Below are positions 19,493-27,966 of a DNA stretch of 64,000 nucleotides, piece after piece. Each line of letters starts with the position of its first letter. Within the stretch, counting starts at the first letter, position 1. The notes beneath the pieces are model-generated. The model was not told the origin of the DNA. It made no database searches and worked only from the letters and a program-made list of their open reading frames with translations. The position numbers and the translations under genes are program-made. Source of the DNA: Pyrodictiaceae archaeon (GTDB taxonomy: Archaea > Thermoproteota > Thermoprotei_A > Sulfolobales > WANQ01); assembly GCA_015521735.1 (NCBI GenBank), contig WANQ01000030.1, positions 30,659 through 94,658 of the forward strand, given 5' to 3'.

Positions 19493-20332
19493 CTAGTATA
19501 GTATTGTTTCTAGTAGCCTTCTAGCCCATGGTGATAGCTTACCGTTTCTTACTTGTAGGCCTATCTTATCTAATAGTCTTCTCTCTGCTAAGCCTATCCT
19601 ATTGTTCAAAGCGTTCTCTAGTAGTTTACGTGCATTCTCGTCTACTCTTAACGGTATTACTGGTAATTCTACTATGTCCTTCATTGCCTCGTGTATATAG
19701 TATACTGTGTCTATTCCTAGTAGGCCTGAGGCCACTAGTATTGCTGCTGACTCAGGCTTAAAGCCTCCAGTAAGATTCGCTAAAACCCTATCATACCTAG
19801 CACCCACACTTAGTATTATCCTCTTAACCTCTGCTACCAAATTCAGTATTCCCTCAGAGAAGTCTACTCCTAGCTTCCCCACTCTACGTGCTTCTACTCC
19901 ATCTATTACGTGGCCCTCAACACCCCATACCCTGGATAAATCTTGGCCCACAAACCCTCTAAGATACTCTTCCAGCACCCTGGTAGAAAACCATCCAGCC
20001 CCAGTATCAGTACTCAATAATACTACGTGGTGTCTTACACCTCTAACACCATTACCAGCCAAGTACTCCAGATACCCTATGAACGCGTTAAGCTCAGCAC
20101 TAGCTCCACGGGGATTATCTGAGAGATAGCCAAGTACAGCCTTAAACTCATCCGTACCTAGTACAGCCCTATTACTAGCCTCTAAGTCCTCACTACTACC
20201 AGGCTGTGCCTTAGACCATGCTACCAGCTTGCTCCGTACGTCCACGCTTACACTGTCATGCATTGAAGCATTACGTATAATACTAGTACCAACAGTAACC
20301 AAGTGAAGAAAACCAAGCACTACATAGGACAC
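19493..20332 (-). CDS. CARF-domain protein (Csx1/APE2256-like sensor domain) with short helical C-terminal domain and no HEPN motif
   Basis: CARF landmarks LHLVTVGTS (beta1 loop), HHVVLLSTDT, and ANLTGGFKPESAAILVASGLLGIDTVYYIHE. The C-terminal ~60 aa (ARKLLENALNNRIGLAERRLLDKIGL...) is wHTH-like and has no R-x4-6-H. GTG start. Confidence 0.8.
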   Translation of the reverse strand: MSYVVLGFLHLVTVGTSIIRNASMHDSVSVDVRSKLVAWSKAQPGSSEDLEASNRAVLGTDEFKAVLGYLSDNPRGASAELNAFIGYLEYLAGNGVRGVRHHVVLLSTDTGAGWFSTRVLEEYLRGFVGQDLSRVWGVEGHVIDGVEARRVGKLGVDFSEGILNLVAEVKRIILSVGARYDRVLANLTGGFKPESAAILVASGLLGIDTVYYIHEAMKDIVELPVIPLRVDENARKLLENALNNRIGLAERRLLDKIGLQVRNGKLSPWARRLLETILY

Positions 20333-20356
20333 CTAAAAACCATTGAACTCCTCGCC

Positions 20357-20365
20357 ATATTAAAA
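20357..20365 (-). promoter_or_regulatory. TATA-like box (TTTTAATAT) for the CARF-HEPN-MNT operon
   Basis: Centred about 29 nt upstream of the GTG at 20332. This spacing is typical of leaderless crenarchaeal transcripts. Confidence 0.35.
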
Positions 20366-20515
20366 CATAACGCATTACCCAAAGACAAAAAGGACCACGA
20401 AACCCCACGATACAATACAAGCATAGCATCCTCGCCACACAGCTCCACGCATCCCTTTAGCTACGTGTAAGCTTTTAATCCAAGAACAAGCCCCAATCAC
20501 GTAGGTATCGCCCAC

Positions 20516-20662
20516 ATGCCTAAGCCTAACACAACAACGTTAAACAATGATGCAAGAAACAAGTTGCTAAAGCTACTGTATTCTGAGAAAAGATTACACG
20601 TAGACGAGGAAGAATTCCACTATCTCCGCAAAGAGCTAAGTAGAAGAATCGAAGATCGCTAA
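20516..20662 (+). CDS. Small ORF (48 aa), possible antitoxin of the decayed PIN gene downstream
   Basis: ATG at 20516 to TAA at 20660-20662: MPKPNTTTLNNDARNKLLKLLYSEKRLHVDEEEFHYLRKELSRRIEDR. It is below the ORF-track cutoff, and its position relative to the PIN remnant is the only support. Confidence 0.3.
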   Translation: MPKPNTTTLNNDARNKLLKLLYSEKRLHVDEEEFHYLRKELSRRIEDR

Positions 20663-20689
20663 TAATTGATATAACATACCTCTTACCCC

Positions 20690-21102
20690 TAGCTAGGGTC
20701 AGCGTTAAACGTGACTTGCTTAGAGCTATAGCTGATGGAAGAATTAAGGGGAGCGGATTTCAGTGATCTAGGAGTTAGCCTTATCTCACTATTCTAGCTA
20801 CAAGCTAAGGCTTCAAAACTAAGTGTAAACCCAGACCACGTTTCCAAAACAATAAAGGTAATACTCCATGTTTTCAGGATCACCCCATTCTACCGTAGAG
20901 ACGTGATCAGGGAAGCACATAGGCTACGAAAAATACTAGACTACTACATAACTACTACATAGACTACATCATACTCGCAACAGCCATAGCCTTAAACGAA
21001 GACCTAGTAACAGAAGACAACAACATCAAGAAGCTGTCAAGCCAAGTATCAATAAAATACTGTATAAAAATACTAGGCTACAACGACCTAATAAGCCATT
21101 GA
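20690..21102 (+). pseudogene. PIN-domain (VapC-like) gene disrupted by frameshifts/stops
   Basis: The C-terminal frame reads ...LLHNYYIDYIILATAIALNEDLVTEDNNIKKL...* (the PIN D-x-ilA...lvT-x-D signature) and ends at TGA 21100-21102. The middle part (ITPFYRRDVIREAHRLRKILDYY) is in another frame. There is no intact ORF of 60 aa or more. Confidence 0.45.
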
Positions 21103-21259
21103 GGTAAAAGCTGCCAAGACTACTAAGTTAACCTATACTTTAATTAACGTACCCATAACTCCTCCTACAACACGCTCATTGTATTGTAGAATTCTAGTAA
21201 ATCGCGGAGAGTAGGAAAAATATGCTTGCCCCCAACCCTATTGATGACGCATGTAGCGG

Positions 21260-22267
21260 TTATCTTGTAATAAGTGTATATGTGTGTAAGAGTGATAGTG
21301 CATGTATCTTTAACAAGTCTTCAGTATTTCTTAATCCTTTCATGACTGGTTCTATGACTTCGTGGAAGAATATATGTGCAGGTGGTCCTAGCATCCTATA
21401 ATACGCGTGTAGAGTTCTCAGCAAGTATGGTGTTACTGGAAAGTATAATGGGTGAGGTGGGAATGGTATAAGGGGGTATAGTAGGGCTACACGTTTTGTG
21501 GTCATCATGGTTGTGTACATGTAGAGGTATGTGAAGATATCTAACCTGTCTTCTAGTAACGGTATGAGTGTTCTCCAGGTATCGTACTCTATTGGTTGGC
21601 GTTTTGTTGAGGCAAGCATCACGTACTCGTAGACTCCCTTACTGCTTACTCTTCTTGGAGGATTAGTATACGCTACCATCTGTGCTAGTGCCTCCTCAAT
21701 TACCCTAACATACATCTTCTTGTACTCACGGTATGTTTCACCTCTACTCATCTTCCATGACAGCGCGTGGGCTTGTTCATGTGCTAACACTATTCTTAAA
21801 AGGGGCCTAAACACCTTATCCTCATCCAAGCCTAGCTCCTTACCTATAACTCTAGCTTCATTGAGTATCCTCTCCGGGCACAACATTATTGCTGGTAACT
21901 CTATGGTCTCTCCTGAAACATTTATGGTCTTAGAGCTTGTAGGAGCTATGAATACTCCTAAAGCAGGATACCTTCTACTTAACCCCTCAATCTCTCCGAG
22001 AACCCTATCTATCTCCTGTAGACTAGGATTCTTAAAGAAATCATCAAGTATGCTACCTATCCTTTCACTATACTCAACTGGTATACCAGTTACCCTCTCC
22101 GATGGACATATACTATCCATAGTGTCCGGGCTTACAAGATACACTCTTACTTCATGAGTTAACGTGTACGTCCAAGACCTAGCAGTAGAATACAACCATG
22201 CTCTCTCATCCAGTTCTACACGACTATCAATATTATGGAATAAGCCACCTCCCAAAGACATGAACAC
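21260..22267 (-). CDS. Hypothetical protein with HExxH zinc-metallopeptidase-like motif
   Basis: LLRIVLAHEQAHALSW contains HEQAH (HExxH). A downstream Glu-rich helix (VIEEALAQMVAY) could supply the third ligand. 335 aa. Confidence 0.6.
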   Translation of the reverse strand: MFMSLGGGLFHNIDSRVELDERAWLYSTARSWTYTLTHEVRVYLVSPDTMDSICPSERVTGIPVEYSERIGSILDDFFKNPSLQEIDRVLGEIEGLSRRYPALGVFIAPTSSKTINVSGETIELPAIMLCPERILNEARVIGKELGLDEDKVFRPLLRIVLAHEQAHALSWKMSRGETYREYKKMYVRVIEEALAQMVAYTNPPRRVSSKGVYEYVMLASTKRQPIEYDTWRTLIPLLEDRLDIFTYLYMYTTMMTTKRVALLYPLIPFPPHPLYFPVTPYLLRTLHAYYRMLGPPAHIFFHEVIEPVMKGLRNTEDLLKIHALSLLHTYTLITR

Positions 22268-22526
22268 ACCCCAGCTATACCTGGCCCCTAATAGTATATA
22301 GTGTTATAGAATTCCAGCCCCACTAATACCTATAACCTTCCACATAGTGTTGAAACAACACATAGCTTTCCCAGTAATTCTACACCATTAAAGCCCGGTA
22401 ACCCAAAACTAGTGAAATAATAGTGCCCTAACAGTACAGAGAGACAACTAATACTACATGAGAAGCTATCTTTATCTAGAACCAATACTACTAAGAACAA
22501 GTACAGGAATACCAAGGTAGTACGCT

Positions 22527-22940
22527 ATGAGCATAGAGTACGCTGAAACACTACTTAACCGTGCAAAAAGATACCTAGAATCAGCTACAACTAATCTAGC
22601 CAACAATAGACTAGACGTAGCCCTAGTCGAAGCCGAAATAGCAGCATAACTAGCTCTAAAAGCACTAATAGTTAAACTAGGATTCGAGCCACCACGTACA
22701 CACATGATTAGACAACTATTCTCATTCATAATAGACAATAAGCTATTACCAGACAATATATTAGAGGAAATCAAGGACTTTACTAGACGTAACCGTGAGA
22801 AACTCATAATAGTTGAAAGAGCAAGAATAATAGGGCAGTACGGAGCAACAAGTATAGACCTCGATGAAGCAGAAATAACAGTAAACACAGCCAAAGAGGT
22901 CCTAGACCTTGCAGAAAAACTTTGGAGAATGGCTATCTAA
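22527..22940 (+). pseudogene. HEPN domain gene interrupted by an in-frame TAA (22647-22649)
   Basis: ATG at 22527 gives MSIEYAETLLNRAKRYLESATTNLANNRLDVALVEAEIAA-TAA-LALKALIVKLGFEPPRTHMIRQLF... . The stop replaces the position normally held by Gln (CAA) in the HEPN helix, and the same frame continues into ORF 22704..22940. Confidence 0.7.
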
Positions 22941-23262
22941 AAGACTACACACACTAAGAAACTGGCACAACCTAGCAAACACCATAGCCAACATCCTAAA
23001 GAACACTATACCCGACATAGAAGTCTACGTATTCGGAAGCGTACTAGAAGAAGACAAGATCACCGGGTCAAGCGACATAGACATACTAGTAGCAATCCCA
23101 GAAAACCACGACGAAGCAAAAACACACCTAACACTACTAAAAACCCTAGAAGACAAACTAGGCAACACAGCCCACCTAATAGACCTACACGTAGTCCACA
23201 AAAACAAGCTAAACAAACCACCATACAAATGGTGGCTCAAAAAACACCACAAAATAATTTAA
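22909..23262 (+). CDS. Minimal nucleotidyltransferase (MNT), second copy
   Basis: VYVFGSVLEEDKITGSSDIDILVAIP signature. It overlaps the 3' end of the HEPN reading frame by 32 nt. Confidence 0.85.
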   Translation: MQKNFGEWLSKRLHTLRNWHNLANTIANILKNTIPDIEVYVFGSVLEEDKITGSSDIDILVAIPENHDEAKTHLTLLKTLEDKLGNTAHLIDLHVVHKNKLNKPPYKWWLKKHHKII

Positions 23263-23412
23263 AAATCACACAACTAAGTCCATAATCAATTAATAATCTT
23301 TGTTACAAGCTATTTTCTCTACCATTATTATTCTACTTACACTATTCTTACATCATTAAGGCATTTATTACGATATCTTAAATACAGTCCAATGTCATCA
23401 CTTATGTATACC

Positions 23413-24567
23413 TTAGTTATGTTTTGCGACCTTCAATTCGAGTGTATTAAGGGCTGTAGTAGGTATTGGTATTATGGTTCCCCATCCAAGCTCTTTATAT
23501 TCACCTGCACCTTCTATGTACAATTGTTTCCAATTCTTAATTGTTGCCTCAAATAATGCACCTGGCATTATTGAGCTACGTATAGGTCTTGGAATATTAA
23601 GGCATAGGTCATATCCTAACCCTACTACTGTAAATATTGTTCTATGTTCTTCTAGCCCTATACTTTTAGCTGGATCAATTATGTAAGATCTAACTGTTAA
23701 TTCCTCTGCTTTAAGATATTTGTTTAATAACTTACCTATGCATTTTATCGCATAATCTCTTGGATTGGTAAAAGCGTGAACAGAATCATTGGTATCGCGT
23801 TCATGAACCTTACTAATTACTATTGGTGATGCTACATATAGTAGTGCCCTACTGGTATTAGTTTTTCTCCACTCATTCTCTAAGAACTCATACAATGGTG
23901 TCTTACTCATAGTTTTAAGTAAGGCTGGTCTTGATTCTCCTCCCGCCACTATAATACCTTCCTTTACGCTTTTTCTACAATTATCGTCGAAACAGAAGAC
24001 CTCAGCTAGTACACCGTATTCCTTAACTAATGCATTATTGCCGATCAATTTTCTTGCTATAGCTTCTGCCAAGAGCTTTGGTGAGAACTCAACCTGCGTA
24101 TATATGAGTCCTTCAATAGTGCTTTTTGTATCGTTCCTTAGGGCTATTCCTATGTGTTGTACTCCAACTTCTTCAGCAATTATGTATGTTGCTCTTCTTA
24201 ATGAAATATCTATACATAGTAGTTTTTTGGGATACTTATGTAAACATATTACTTCATGCTCTTTTACCTTATTGTTAGAGGAAAAAGCCTTAACGTAAAA
24301 GTATGGGCCACGTATGCTAAACTTTGCACCTAGATTTACTGATAGTACTCTTTTAGTATTACTAAATGGGTCCTTATCTACGCATTTATTCTTATCCTTC
24401 CAGTTAACGTATGCGAGTACTCCAGCGATAGTGCTAGGCAATGGTAATATCTCTGAATAGGCGAATGCCGTTGGTCCTCTGATCTCAGGTGTAAATTCCC
24501 CCTCCCATCTGAATGAACTGGTTGCTAAATGCATTATTAGAATTGAGAGCTTGTACATAGTGGTCAC
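23413..24567 (-). CDS. cmr3: Cmr3 (Cas5-family RAMP subunit of the type III-B complex)
   Basis: N-terminal RGPTAFAYSEILPLPSTIAGVLAY and C-terminal glycine-rich loop GAGEYKELGWGTIIPIP. The GTG start overlaps the cas10 stop codon (GTGA). It is the last gene of the cmr operon, as in Sulfolobus. Confidence 0.8.
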   Translation of the reverse strand: MTTMYKLSILIMHLATSSFRWEGEFTPEIRGPTAFAYSEILPLPSTIAGVLAYVNWKDKNKCVDKDPFSNTKRVLSVNLGAKFSIRGPYFYVKAFSSNNKVKEHEVICLHKYPKKLLCIDISLRRATYIIAEEVGVQHIGIALRNDTKSTIEGLIYTQVEFSPKLLAEAIARKLIGNNALVKEYGVLAEVFCFDDNCRKSVKEGIIVAGGESRPALLKTMSKTPLYEFLENEWRKTNTSRALLYVASPIVISKVHERDTNDSVHAFTNPRDYAIKCIGKLLNKYLKAEELTVRSYIIDPAKSIGLEEHRTIFTVVGLGYDLCLNIPRPIRSSIMPGALFEATIKNWKQLYIEGAGEYKELGWGTIIPIPTTALNTLELKVAKHN

Positions 24568-27500
24568 CTACTACCCGACTTTAAGTAATCAGCCATACGT
24601 ATAATAGCCCAAGGTGTTAATTCACGAGATATTTCATTACCAATAATAGTCTCAATATTCTTTTCAACAACCATGTTTTCAAACTTCTTAAGCAACTCCT
24701 CTACATTGTCGACTACTTTCATTGAAGGTGCATGGGTATTCCTCTTTATTATTTCTATAAGAACCTTGAATGCAAGACTACTATAACTGTCGTTGTATGC
24801 ATAATTATAGTTAGTTATTACATCTTTAGGTAGACTACTGGAAAATATTCCCGATACGCCTAAGTTCTCTGCTATTATGGCTGCCAATAATAAGGCATAT
24901 CCTATGAAGTCATCGTTTGTATGATAATTGGGCAATGCTACTAATTGCCTAGTTAAGTCTCTTGTGAGTTGAGTAAGTCCGCTAATACGTCCATATAAGG
25001 CCACAATTACATCTTTCTCTATGGGTGTTTTGGACTCGTACATTGTCTTTATGTTGCTCTTAAGTTCTTCAAGCATATGGCATAATCTCCAAGCAGGCCA
25101 TAGGGGATCTTTATAATGAGCTATAAGTAGTCCATAACTTCTACCATGAGCAGGAATGGCTGCCATAAGCAAGTTACCTATAATGTGGAAGCCTTTAAAG
25201 TATGAGTCTACACTCCAGTAGTTTCTTCGTGTAGCAATTATCACATCTGCTGCTATGAAACCACTACATGGTATCTTTATCTTACCTAGTTTACCATTAG
25301 TAGGTATCTCACATACTAAATCTCTTTGATTATCTATACCACTTTGCAATTTTAATAAATCTCTATCAACGTACACAGGAGCCATGACAAAGATATCATC
25401 GCCTCCAGAATAGACTACGAATCCTCCAAGGAGATCATTTAACAATATATCGGTTATTGAAGTTATCATTAGACCCCTTGAAAGTGCTGAGTGATACGCT
25501 GGAGATATTATTAAAGTTGCATCGCTATGCTCTATTCCTAGAATACTTAGACTATTACGTATAAAGTCGTTAAATGCACTAACTAAGTTAATGGTAGCAT
25601 CGGTTATATTTTGGAATAAGCCCTGTATACCCCTTGGTAAGGCTTTGCTTATCTCGCTGAGGTACTCTTTTATAGATATTGGTGTAGCTCCTTTAATGAG
25701 TTTATCAAGATTATCTCCATCACCTACTATTATAGTATAGTATAAGTTGCTTCTTCTCTTAAGTTCGTCTAATAAGAATTTGAATTCTTCATCGTCCTTA
25801 GCTATTACTCTAACTATTTCATATAATAGCTTACAGTTTCGTTCATCGCATTTATCGGTTGCTAGCATTATTAACTGGTCATCTAGGCCTAACTGTGATA
25901 GAGCATGTGAAATCAGTTTTACTATCTTCTCCAAACTACTTAATTCTTTTTCCTTACCAACATACTTTGCCTTGAAAAGCCCTGGTACTATGTGAGTATA
26001 GAGTGACTCTTTATTAATATTAATTATCTCTTTTAATTTATCTAAGGCATTATTTTCTAGGGCTTTCTTTTCTAGATACAATATAGCATTAAGTGATGCT
26101 AGCTCATTTGTTGATGGAACATGCATTAAAGCGCCCTCAACGTGTAATCCTATTTTTTCTAGTATCTTTGTAAACCCTTTCTCTACCGAGAGCAACCTTC
26201 GCACTAAACAATAGGGGCAAAGGGTTTCTCCTTCAGTAAATAGCGTTTTAGGTAAACCTAATTTTTCCACAATAAGTTTGTCTCGTATCTTTGTAAACTC
26301 CTCACCATGAGGCAATCTTATGACAGCAGGTAGCTTGCTGCACATAGAGCACAATCTAATTCTTTTTCTCTTCTCATACAGCTTATTAGTGTATTCTTCT
26401 ATGGCTTTTGCAACCAAGTACCCAGGCTTAAACGAAATAATTGTATTAGCCTCTCTAAGATCTTCTCTAGTTAGGGCGTAAGCGAATAGCCAGTGATAGA
26501 ATAACTTATCAAGAATGCGGTCTACTCTTATATTTAGTTTGCTACTTACATTTTCAAGTATATCAATTAGCTTGTCTTTAGCAATCTTCTTAAACTCCTT
26601 GAACTCGTTACCTACATCTACAATTGTTACCCTTAACTGTAAAGGTGGTTCACTAGTAACATGTTCAAAATACTTCTTATTCAATTCTTTTTCATCTAAT
26701 CCCAATGAGCTTAGTAATTCCTCTATGTTCCTCTTACCTTCAAGTGATTCGTAGAGTGCTTCTATTATCCTTTTCCAACACTTCTTAAACCTTCTTATAA
26801 AATACTTCTTTAATGAATCCTTTACCGGGGAACCATTCATGACATCATTGATAAATTCTTTGAGCTCCTCTGAAAGCCTTGTTGCATCAACCTTGTTAAC
26901 CAACTCTAATATTATGGCAGCTGGTGGAAGCGCTAAATATAGTGTGGCAGGTATTACTGGTTGAGTAGGAACCTTAAATAATTCGCTATGAATATTGCTT
27001 AAGACGTTCTTCTCCAAGAACTTTGCTAACTCATCTAACCCCAAATTAATCGCTTCTCTTAGAATAGATGATGTATAGAATGGATTTAAACTAATATTGG
27101 GCAAGAGTACTGTATCCGCCCCAAGATATAAGACAAGTTCTGATAAAGCACACCACGCTAACGCTGAAACAAGCCAGCTACCAATCCAAAGATCTCTAAT
27201 CTTACGAGCACGTGATATAAAATCTTGTACACTAGCAACATCTATTTTAACCAAATACCCTTCAGGAGCCTCACTATCTGAACCTATAAACCAGTTCACC
27301 ATTGAAGCTGTAGCATTAACATGGTCAAAGACTGTATGCGTTGGTGCACGAGTATCAGCAACAGGCACACACAGACTACAGTTCTTATACCATAGAAGCT
27401 CGTAAGCTAGTAGCAAGACATTGTATGCCAACCATTTTGGAGCATTACTTAGCTTTCTCGCAAGTTCTAAGAGATCCTTAGTAAAATTACATATAGATTT

Positions 27501-27962
27501 CGCGCCAATCTTATCCTTTATGATATTATGTAATTCATCATAATTTATGTAATATCTTGGGTTAACAATATTCACGATTCTCAAAGGCATTTCTATACGT
27601 CCGCTAGCCTTTAATGAAGACTCTATGAACCATCTATCAATAGATGATGCAAAAGAGTCAGCATTGCTAACTATATTACTTGTCATCAGCTCCTTTAATC
27701 TCTTACTTAATTCTTTAAAACCTTCTATATTCTCGGCAACATGCTTTAGTAATACCATAGCTTCCCTCTCATGTTCATCTATATCCGCAAATGGCACTAC
27801 CTCAACTATGTCCCTGCAATATTTTTCACCATCAACTCTTTCGCCAGGTTCTTTCTTCGATAGAACCCTTCCCTTGCCACTAAAGTATTGTGTAATCACC
27901 CAAGGTTTCCAAGGTGGATCATGTAGAAGTGCAACTAATTTATACTCATGGATGTCAACCAT
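24564..27962 (-). CDS. cas10: Cas10/Cmr2 large subunit with HD domain and intact cyclase (GGDD) palm
   Basis: N-terminal LVALLHDPPWKPW (HD motif) and THTVFDH. Treble-clef zinc-finger Cys pairs CSMCS...CPYC, first palm IIVGDGDNLD, and second palm VVYSGGDDIFVMAP. 1132 aa. Confidence 0.95.
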   Translation of the reverse strand: MVDIHEYKLVALLHDPPWKPWVITQYFSGKGRVLSKKEPGERVDGEKYCRDIVEVVPFADIDEHEREAMVLLKHVAENIEGFKELSKRLKELMTSNIVSNADSFASSIDRWFIESSLKASGRIEMPLRIVNIVNPRYYINYDELHNIIKDKIGAKSICNFTKDLLELARKLSNAPKWLAYNVLLLAYELLWYKNCSLCVPVADTRAPTHTVFDHVNATASMVNWFIGSDSEAPEGYLVKIDVASVQDFISRARKIRDLWIGSWLVSALAWCALSELVLYLGADTVLLPNISLNPFYTSSILREAINLGLDELAKFLEKNVLSNIHSELFKVPTQPVIPATLYLALPPAAIILELVNKVDATRLSEELKEFINDVMNGSPVKDSLKKYFIRRFKKCWKRIIEALYESLEGKRNIEELLSSLGLDEKELNKKYFEHVTSEPPLQLRVTIVDVGNEFKEFKKIAKDKLIDILENVSSKLNIRVDRILDKLFYHWLFAYALTREDLREANTIISFKPGYLVAKAIEEYTNKLYEKRKRIRLCSMCSKLPAVIRLPHGEEFTKIRDKLIVEKLGLPKTLFTEGETLCPYCLVRRLLSVEKGFTKILEKIGLHVEGALMHVPSTNELASLNAILYLEKKALENNALDKLKEIININKESLYTHIVPGLFKAKYVGKEKELSSLEKIVKLISHALSQLGLDDQLIMLATDKCDERNCKLLYEIVRVIAKDDEEFKFLLDELKRRSNLYYTIIVGDGDNLDKLIKGATPISIKEYLSEISKALPRGIQGLFQNITDATINLVSAFNDFIRNSLSILGIEHSDATLIISPAYHSALSRGLMITSITDILLNDLLGGFVVYSGGDDIFVMAPVYVDRDLLKLQSGIDNQRDLVCEIPTNGKLGKIKIPCSGFIAADVIIATRRNYWSVDSYFKGFHIIGNLLMAAIPAHGRSYGLLIAHYKDPLWPAWRLCHMLEELKSNIKTMYESKTPIEKDVIVALYGRISGLTQLTRDLTRQLVALPNYHTNDDFIGYALLLAAIIAENLGVSGIFSSSLPKDVITNYNYAYNDSYSSLAFKVLIEIIKRNTHAPSMKVVDNVEELLKKFENMVVEKNIETIIGNEISRELTPWAIIRMADYLKSGSR

Positions 27963-27966
27963 AATA

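Noticed and set aside
22330-22515. 61-aa minus-strand ORF between the HExxH gene and HEPN-2.
   Set aside because: It is short and hydrophobic/low-complexity, and it lies in a divergent promoter region. It has no supporting signal.
23340-23401. Minus-strand GTGATGA and AATGATG strings downstream of cmr3, suggestive of C and C' boxes of a C/D box sRNA.
   Set aside because: No CTGA D or D' boxes occur at the required spacing, and no terminal stem is present.
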